Source: a virus. Taken from it: DNA of 5,913 nucleotides. The position numbers were made by a program, and so were the translations under genes. The notes beneath the pieces are model-generated. The model was not told the DNA's origin and did not search any database. It saw only the letters and a program-made list of their open reading frames with translations. Below are positions 1 to 4,840 of the stretch, one piece after another. Location of the stretch: positions 1 through 5,913 of IMG/VR virus record IMGVR_UViG_3300020030_000040; one strand, 5' to 3'. How positions within the stretch are numbered: the stretch's first letter is position 1; every line of letters starts with the position of its first letter.

Positions 1-121
1 CCGTTATTCCGTCCAATCCTGATCGTTTTAGTCGACTTCTTCCTATTGGCAGCAGCTCCGCCGTTTCGATGACTGGCGTGCAAACTATTCCCCAGCTGGC
101 TATTGCTTCGCGTCTTCAGGA
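1..121. repeat. Terminal direct repeat, left copy (overlap from linearising a circular genome)
   Basis: Bases 1-121 (ccgttattccgtccaatcct...cgcgtcttcagga) match 5793-5913 base for base by manual comparison, at an offset of 5,792 nt. The repeat lies inside a reading frame that is continuous across the junction. Confidence 0.95.
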
Positions 122-872
122 ATACAAAGATTTGCTTGGCGCTGGAGGTAGTCGATATAGTGACTGGTTGGAAACTTTTTTTGCTTCAAAGATCGAGCAT
201 GTTGATCGGCCCAAATTGCTGTTTAGTGCATCGCAGACTGTTAACGTTCAGATTGTTATGAATCAAGCCGGACCGAACAATTTTGGTAACTCGAGCACGA
301 ATGGTCCCTTGGGACAGCAAGGTGGCGCTATCGCTTTTAATGATCGCCTTGGTCGTCGACAGTCTTATTACTTCCGCGAGCCCGGTTATATGATTGACAT
401 GTTGAGCATCCGCCCTGTTTATTATTGGTCGCAGATCAAGCCCGACTATTTGAATTATCGAGGCTCTGATTATTTCAACCCAATCTATAACGATATAGGA
501 TATCAGAGTGTACCTAATTGGCGCTTTGGCAATCTTGTTGGTGGTGTTGTCGAAACCACTTTTTCGCAAGAGCCTTGTTTTAACGAGTTTCGCTCCTCCT
601 ATGATGAAGTTTTAGGCCAAATCTCCAGTACTGCTGGAAATGTTGATGGTCGATCCCTTTATGCTTATTGGGTGCAGCAGCGTCAATTACATTGGAGTAC
701 CTATTGGCCTTCAAAGGCTGATTATGCACCTGCTCTTTTTGTCGATTTGTCGCAGGTTAATTCTCCTTTCAGTTCTAACCTAGAAGATAATTTCTTCGTG
801 AATATGTCCTATGCTATTCAAAAGAAGAATCTCATCAATAAGACTTTTGCAACCCGTTTGTCTAACCGTTAA
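1..872 (+). CDS. VP1: Major capsid protein VP1/F, C-terminal part (5'-truncated by the window edge; first full codon at 3; stop TAA 870-872)
   Basis: Frame 3 is open from the left edge, and track ORF 69..872 is only the part after an internal Met. It contains IPQLAIASRLQEYKDLLGAGGSRYSDWLETFFASKIEHVDRPKLL. This matches the conserved L-x-x-A-x-x-L-Q-x-x-x-x-x-x-x-x-G-G-x-R-Y-x-x-x-x-x-x-x-F block followed by D-R-P-x-x-L of Microviridae VP1/F. Later blocks such as QEPCFNEFRSSYDEVLGQ and FFVNMSYAIQ are typical of the C-terminal jelly-roll strands. Confidence 0.93.
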   Translation, partial: VIPSNPDRFSRLLPIGSSSAVSMTGVQTIPQLAIASRLQEYKDLLGAGGSRYSDWLETFFASKIEHVDRPKLLFSASQTVNVQIVMNQAGPNNFGNSSTNGPLGQQGGAIAFNDRLGRRQSYYFREPGYMIDMLSIRPVYYWSQIKPDYLNYRGSDYFNPIYNDIGYQSVPNWRFGNLVGGVVETTFSQEPCFNEFRSSYDEVLGQISSTAGNVDGRSLYAYWVQQRQLHWSTYWPSKADYAPALFVDLSQVNSPFSSNLEDNFFVNMSYAIQKKNLINKTFATRLSNR

Positions 873-883
873 TATTGTATCCT

Positions 884-1192
884 ATGGCTTTAGATTGGAT
901 GATTGAAGATCGTGAAGATTACGTTTCCCGTGGAGAGCGTATTTTGTCTGTTCTCGATGGCTCTGGTTCCGTCGATGTCCTTCCCGGTCGTCCGGATGTT
1001 GAAGCTTCTAGCTCTGATTTCGACAAAGGCGAGAAGTTTGATCCTGATATTGATTTTGACCCTAACTCTTTCTCTCGTATGGATAAGTTTGACGGCCTTG
1101 AGGTAGGTCAAGAACTTATTGATAGTGAGCTTGATACCCGCAAGGGCGACAGCTCGCAGCGGGCGAAAAATATCACTTCTGAAGAAAAATAG
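884..1192 (+). CDS. Hypothetical acidic protein, 102 aa (ORFan; possible scaffolding-type protein)
   Basis: The track ORF 875..1192 begins at a TTG (875-877), and the first ATG is at 884, 11 nt after the capsid stop. By my count 49 of 102 codons end in T, matching the bias of the recognisable genes. The product has 27 D/E against 13 K/R and includes FDKGEKFDPDIDFDPNSF. I recognise no homology. Confidence 0.6.
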   Translation: MALDWMIEDREDYVSRGERILSVLDGSGSVDVLPGRPDVEASSSDFDKGEKFDPDIDFDPNSFSRMDKFDGLEVGQELIDSELDTRKGDSSQRAKNITSEEK

Positions 1193-1222
1193 TACTTTCT
1201 TTACTTGACGATATATGCTACG

Positions 1223-1300
1223 TGCGCGGACCCCTCTGAGCAGAATGCTTGAATGGTTAGAGGTTATTGGTAGCGACTGCAGGAGAGGCCGCGCATTTTT
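1223..1300 (+). terminator. Branched GC-rich stem followed by a T5 run (terminator-like structured spacer)
   Basis: TGCGCGG (1223-1229) pairs with CCGCGCA (1289-1295). After a 3-nt bulge, CCTCT (1233-1237) pairs with AGAGG (1284-1288). The stem encloses the hairpin AGCA-GAA-TGCT (1239-1249) and is followed immediately by TTTTT (1296-1300). It sits downstream of the capsid and acidic-ORF block. The enclosed region is far longer than a canonical intrinsic-terminator loop, so the function is uncertain. Confidence 0.35.
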
Positions 1301-1325
1301 CTATCGTTCTTTAATTTTTTAAGCT

Positions 1326-1517
1326 ATGTCTGATACTAAACCCCCCTTCTATAAGTCGAAGGCGTTTTGGACGCTTATTTCGTCTATTGTTGCCGCTCTT
1401 ACGGCCTTTTTCCTCGCTTCGTGTTCTGCACAAGCGAAGATAGCTCGCACTGGTGTTCATATTGATACTGTTCGCGTAGATTACATTATCCGTTCTAACA
1501 ACTTTACGCTCCCGTAG
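1326..1517 (+). CDS. Small predicted lipoprotein, 63-aa precursor and 31-aa mature lipopeptide
   Basis: ATG at 1326 and TAG at 1515-1517, 1 nt before the pilot ATG at 1519. By my count 30 of 63 codons end in T, like the genuine genes. The product MSDTKPPFYKSKAFWTLISSIVAALTAFFLASC|SAQAKIARTGVHIDTVRVDYIIRSNNFTLP has a basic n-region, a hydrophobic core and a lipobox L-A-S-C, with Cys33 at codon 1422-1424. Confidence 0.65.
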   Translation: MSDTKPPFYKSKAFWTLISSIVAALTAFFLASCSAQAKIARTGVHIDTVRVDYIIRSNNFTLP

Positions 1518-1518
1518 T

Positions 1519-2883
1519 ATGCAACTCATTGATTTCAAAAGCTACGTTGACCCTGTTTCTACCGGCGCTATTCTTGGTGCTGCTGGCCTTTCTGCTGGCG
1601 GTCAGGTAGCCTCGGGTCTTTTCAAGCCTTCTCTTAAAAGGCAATGGAAGTATCAGCAGAAGCAGATGAAGCTTCAGCAGCAGTACGCCTTAGAGCAGAT
1701 GCAGAAGCAAGGCGAGATCAACTACGCCAATTGGCAGAAGCAATTTGATTACGAAAACGCTTATAATGATCCCTCGAAGGTCTTCAGTCGCTATCTTAAG
1801 GCCGGTATTACACCTGCCGCGGTTCTCGGGTCTAGCGGCGTTGGCGTTAATGCTACTATGTCTGGTGGTTCTGCCGGTTCTGTGGGTGCTTCCGGCCCCT
1901 CCGGTGGTTCATTTGACTTCTCTAGTCCGCTGCCTCCTGGTATCGGTTCTACTGCTGCTGGAACTGCCCTTGATGCTATGGGTGTCAACTCAACTATTGA
2001 GCGTAATAAGGCCGCTGCGAATCGCGATGATGCTGAGGCTGCGAATATTCGTAGTAATACCTTTGAGCCTGAGTTTAATAAGGCACGTGCCGAAGCTTCT
2101 AAGGCTGTTGACGAGGCTCTCGCTAATAAGGAGATCGAGGCTGCCGCGGCTCTTAAATCTGAGCGTCTTTTGAATGATCTCAATAATACGCTATTGTCTC
2201 TCACGATGGACGCCCGTGTCGAAGAGATTAAGGCGTTTGCTGATACTGCTAAAGAAGAATTAAGGCAATTGCGCGTCCAGGGTACGCAAATTGAGCGCAT
2301 GGTTAATGCTCGAATCCTCGTTCTTGAAACGCAAAGCGCTCTCAACCAATCTCTCTCTGGCCTTGCTGCTGCTAATGAGGAGGGACAGCGTATTAATAAC
2401 CTTGAACTCGCTAACGAACTCTCTCGTCAATGGGACAAGCGTTTTGACGTTGAAATTCCTAATCCTGCTTATGAGGCGAATTTGCGTTCCAAGAATCCTA
2501 TCCAGCGCGCTAATCCTGGTCCGAAGTCGTTTAAAGTTTCTATGTCTCTCAAGGACTTTTACGATAAGACCGCTATTAACCAGGCTCAGGCTTCTGATTT
2601 TCTTCCTGAAGAGGCTCGTGTTGCTCTTCGAAATGCTAAGCTTGATCCTTATATTGAGATCGGTAAGGCTCTTGTTGGTGTTGCTGGTAGTCTTGGTGGT
2701 GCCGCTATTGTTCGTGGTGGTATGGCTAGCGCTGCCAAAGGCTTCGCCCAAACCTCCGCTGGCGGCTCCTCGTCTTCGTCCCGTACTACCGTGCTTGACG
2801 GTGGAGGTAACGTTAGAGGCTATGTACTGAAAGAGGTGTCTGGTAGTTCTCATGGTACTTCTTCTCGTTATAACCGATATTGA
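1519..2883 (+). CDS. VP2: DNA pilot / minor capsid protein VP2 (phiX174 H analogue), 454 aa
   Basis: The N-terminal Gly/Ala-rich hydrophobic segment GAILGAAGLSAGGQVASGLF resembles the phiX174 H N-terminus (GAIAGGIASALAGG...). It is followed by a Q/K-rich block, then NYANWQKQFDYENAYNDPSKVFSRYLKAGITPAAVLG. That matches the conserved N-x-W...Y-N-x-P...R-x-K-x-A-G-(L/I)-(N/T)-P block of gokushovirus-type VP2. The middle is a long charged helical/coiled-coil region and the tail is Gly/Ser-rich. The gene sits directly downstream of the capsid module. Confidence 0.85.
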   Translation: MQLIDFKSYVDPVSTGAILGAAGLSAGGQVASGLFKPSLKRQWKYQQKQMKLQQQYALEQMQKQGEINYANWQKQFDYENAYNDPSKVFSRYLKAGITPAAVLGSSGVGVNATMSGGSAGSVGASGPSGGSFDFSSPLPPGIGSTAAGTALDAMGVNSTIERNKAAANRDDAEAANIRSNTFEPEFNKARAEASKAVDEALANKEIEAAAALKSERLLNDLNNTLLSLTMDARVEEIKAFADTAKEELRQLRVQGTQIERMVNARILVLETQSALNQSLSGLAAANEEGQRINNLELANELSRQWDKRFDVEIPNPAYEANLRSKNPIQRANPGPKSFKVSMSLKDFYDKTAINQAQASDFLPEEARVALRNAKLDPYIEIGKALVGVAGSLGGAAIVRGGMASAAKGFAQTSAGGSSSSSRTTVLDGGGNVRGYVLKEVSGSSHGTSSRYNRY

Positions 2884-2929
2884 ACAGTTTTGTTCCTATT
2901 TTGAACCTCCATCTTGTCCTTTTTCGTTG

Positions 2930-2937
2930 TATATTTG
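2930..2937 (+). promoter_or_regulatory. Possible Bacteroidota-type -7 promoter element (TAnnTTTG)
   Basis: TATATTTG at 2930-2937 matches the TAnnTTTG consensus exactly and lies 26 nt upstream of the ATG at 2964. TTTG motifs occur at 2889-2892 and 2900-2903 within a tandem TTTTGnnCCT repeat. Their spacing of 26 nt or more is longer than the 19-21 nt expected for a -33 element, so this is only a weak call. Confidence 0.2.
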
Positions 2938-2963
2938 TACTGTAAACCAATAACCACATTATC

Positions 2964-3284
2964 ATGAAAAGAGCAAACAAGACTTCTAAGACTTACGACC
3001 TGTTGGTCGATGTTCTAGATTATGCGTTCGTTGAATGGCTTGTCCGTCGAGGTGTATTTACTGCCTTTAGATTAAATTTCGATCGTGTATCTTCGTCTCA
3101 GGGACCCTTTCGAGATCGCTTGCGTGATTTCATTCGACTTTCTCTCTCTATCAACTCTTTTAGCCCGTCAGACCTCGTCTCTGCTGCTTTCCTGTTCGAA
3201 TCGACACCTGAAGGCGTTGGGTTCTGGATGCGTCAAAATGCTGCTTGGAAACGCTTTTATGCCGAGCTTCAGAAGAAACATTAA
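2964..3284 (+). CDS. Hypothetical protein, 106 aa (ORFan)
   Basis: ATG at 2964 and TAA at 3282-3284. About 42 of 106 codons end in T by my count. The gene is on the same strand and tightly packed with its neighbours. The C-terminal segment FESTPEGVGFWMRQNAAWKRFY resembles a T-P-E-G-x-x-(F/Y)-W motif that I recall from small phage and bacterial proteins of unknown function, but I cannot verify this. No function is assigned. Confidence 0.6.
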   Translation: MKRANKTSKTYDLLVDVLDYAFVEWLVRRGVFTAFRLNFDRVSSSQGPFRDRLRDFIRLSLSINSFSPSDLVSAAFLFESTPEGVGFWMRQNAAWKRFYAELQKKH

Positions 3285-3295
3285 ATTATATCATT

Positions 3296-3619
3296 ATGAC
3301 ACAGATTCACGTTGTTATTCGCCGAATTAATCCTGCCTTTAAGGTTGATCTTGTTCAGATAGGCTACATTAAGGATGGTCAGTTCGCCTCACTTCCTCTT
3401 GATACTCTTGAGCATACTCCTGTTGTAGACTATGTCGATCATTCAACTATTTCCGATTCGCCTTATATTGATCATAGCGCTATTTCTGCTCTCATAGAGG
3501 CCCTGATTGCGTATCCTGGTTTTTCGGTCGAGTTTTTCGAGAATACGCTTGTTCTTATGTTTGATTGTAAATTCAATGACGATGAAATCACGAAGAAAGA
3601 AGAAGGGAAAGGGAACTAA
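3296..3619 (+). CDS. Hypothetical acidic protein, 107 aa (ORFan)
   Basis: The track ORF 3245..3619 begins at a TTG that overlaps the previous gene. The first ATG at 3296 lies 11 nt after that gene's stop and is the more likely start. About 55 of 107 codons end in T, the strongest bias in the window. The product contains an internal peptide repeat, VDHSTIS / IDHSAIS, and a K/E-rich tail. It occupies the pilot-to-Rep position where gokushoviruses carry scaffolding protein VP3, but I see no VP3 motifs. Confidence 0.6.
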   Translation: MTQIHVVIRRINPAFKVDLVQIGYIKDGQFASLPLDTLEHTPVVDYVDHSTISDSPYIDHSAISALIEALIAYPGFSVEFFENTLVLMFDCKFNDDEITKKEEGKGN

Positions 3620-3652
3620 GGTTGTTACCCGCCCGCTTGGTGGAAAAGTTCT

Positions 3653-3738
3653 TTAAATTAATTGAACCCCAGGGGACAGCCGAAGGCTGTGGCCACCGCG
3701 AAGCGGTAAGGTACCCCCCTGCGGGTTCTTCCATTTAA
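3653..3738 (+). other. About 86-nt three-way-junction DNA/RNA structure with two C-GAA-G triloop hairpins (candidate ssDNA origin or priming signal)
   Basis: All pairings are hand-checked.
- Outer stem: TTAAAT (3653-3658) pairs with ATTTAA (3733-3738).
- After an internal loop, GAACCCCAGGGG (3664-3675) pairs with CCCCTG(C)GGGTTC (3716-3728), giving 12 bp with C3722 bulged.
- Hairpin 1: ACAGCC-GAA-GGCTGT (3676-3690).
- Hairpin 2: ACCGC-GAA-GCGGT (3695-3707), which contains GCGAAGC (3698-3704).
There is no ATG anywhere in 3620-3766. Confidence 0.55.
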
Positions 3739-3766
3739 CCCGTATATACCTTAGAAGTATTTTATA

Positions 3767-4837
3767 ATGCCTTGTTTGTCGCCCATATGGATACGTAATC
3801 GTCGCTATTTCGACAAGAAGAATCCTTGTCGTAATGGTTCTGACGTTGCTAAATCTGCCTTAGCTCTTCGTCCCTGGGACATTTCTCGTCAATGGCTTAT
3901 GGTCCCGTGCGGAAAGTGTGAGGAGTGCTTGCGTCGTCAGCGCAATGATTGGTTTGTCCGTCTCGAGCGCGAGCTTGCTCGCTGTAAAGCTGAGTCTCGG
4001 CAGGCTATTTTTATTACAATAACTATATCACCGAAGTACTATGATGAAGCATTGCGAGATCCTTCTAAGTTTATCCGACGATGGAATGAGCGCATTCGTC
4101 ATAAAATCGGCCATTCCTTTAAACATGCGTTTTTCCAGGAGTTTGGTACCCATCCAGAAACAGGATCGGCGCCACGTCTTCACTTTCACGGCTTTCTCTT
4201 TGGAACCGATTGTATGTACAATGATATTCGATCGGCTGTCCGTGATCTTGGCTTTGTTTGGCTTGCGAAAGGCACGCATAAGCGTGCGAGATACGTTGTC
4301 AAATATGTTACAAAACAAATTCAATTTAACCCTACGGAAATATCCGATCAAAATGTTGTTTTAGATGGAAAAGTTATACCTTTATCTTGCCTCCTCCAAC
4401 ATCGCCGTTATACGCGAAAATTCATATCTGCTGGCGTTGGTGATTTTCTTGGTTATATGCCTCGCCCTTCTGCTCGTATTTCGTCGTGGTCTTATTACGA
4501 TTTTGAGAGGCGTATCAATTATAATTACTCGATCCCTCGATACTATCTTAGGTATCTCAAACCGGAAGACGAAGTTTCTCGCTCGATTACCGCTGCTGAT
4601 TCTTATGCACGTTTTAGCAAGTCTCCTTTGGTTAAGCGTATTGTGTCTCTGTGCGTTGAGCGGTTTGGCCTCAATTCCTCCGTATCCAGTAGAGCGTCAT
4701 ATACGTGGGAACAAAAGCAAATAATGCGTTTTTCCGCTTCTTCTCGTAAGATGCCGGATCTTGATCCCCCTACTTGGCTAGATTTGGATATTCTCCAGTT
4801 TTGGCGAGATCATTATAAACTTCAACTAATTATTTAA
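3767..4837 (+). CDS. VP4: Rolling-circle replication initiation protein VP4 (phiX174 A analogue; HUH endonuclease), 356 aa
   Basis: N-terminal VPCGKCEECLRRQRNDWFVRLERE matches the P-C-G-x-C-x-x-C...W-x-x-R block of gokushovirus-type VP4. Motif I is FITITI (4010-4027). The HUH motif is H-F-H in RLHFHGFLFG (cac ttt cac, 4181-4189). The catalytic motif III is RYVVKYVTK, with two Tyr residues separated by 3 residues (4292-4294 and 4304-4306). The stop is 3 nt before the capsid ATG. Confidence 0.95.
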   Translation: MPCLSPIWIRNRRYFDKKNPCRNGSDVAKSALALRPWDISRQWLMVPCGKCEECLRRQRNDWFVRLERELARCKAESRQAIFITITISPKYYDEALRDPSKFIRRWNERIRHKIGHSFKHAFFQEFGTHPETGSAPRLHFHGFLFGTDCMYNDIRSAVRDLGFVWLAKGTHKRARYVVKYVTKQIQFNPTEISDQNVVLDGKVIPLSCLLQHRRYTRKFISAGVGDFLGYMPRPSARISSWSYYDFERRINYNYSIPRYYLRYLKPEDEVSRSITAADSYARFSKSPLVKRIVSLCVERFGLNSSVSSRASYTWEQKQIMRFSASSRKMPDLDPPTWLDLDILQFWRDHYKLQLII

Positions 4838-4840
4838 TTT

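Noticed and set aside
875-883. Track start codons at 875 and 3245 for the acidic ORF and the 124-aa ORF.
   Set aside because: Both positions are TTG, not ATG. In-frame ATGs at 884 and 3296 give non-overlapping, tightly packed genes (3245 would overlap the preceding gene by 40 nt), so I used the ATG starts. The TTG starts cannot be strictly excluded.
1205-1210. Sigma-70-like -35 hexamer TTGACG in the spacer after the acidic ORF.
   Set aside because: No -10-like hexamer lies at 16-18 nt spacing, since 1228-1233 is GGACCC. The nearby TATATG is only 2-3 nt away. It is not a supportable promoter.
3651-3662. Similarity to the phiX174 (+) origin core CAACTTGATATTAATAAC, which could mark the Rep nick site.
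   Set aside because: CTTTAAATTAAT matches only loosely. Comparable or better partial matches (TGATATT cores) occur inside coding regions at 1045-1051 and 4222-4228, so the similarity is at chance level for a 5.8-kb AT-rich sequence. The nick site cannot be called by eye.
3664-3728. The cloverleaf-like fold could be a tRNA, tRNA-like element or small ribozyme.
   Set aside because: It has a 12-bp outer stem and only two arms with 3-nt loops. It has no 7-nt anticodon loop, no T-loop GTTCRA or D-loop motifs, and no hammerhead CUGAUGA...GAAA core. The architecture does not fit any RNA gene class I recognise.
3733-3760. Possible dif/XerCD recombination site that could allow lysogeny, as described for some gokushovirus prophages.
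   Set aside because: Only a 7-mer (ATTTAAC, 3733-3739) matches the reverse complement of the E. coli XerD arm. The central region and the XerC arm do not match. That 7-mer is better explained as the outer stem of the structured element, where it pairs with 3653-3658. No integrase is present.
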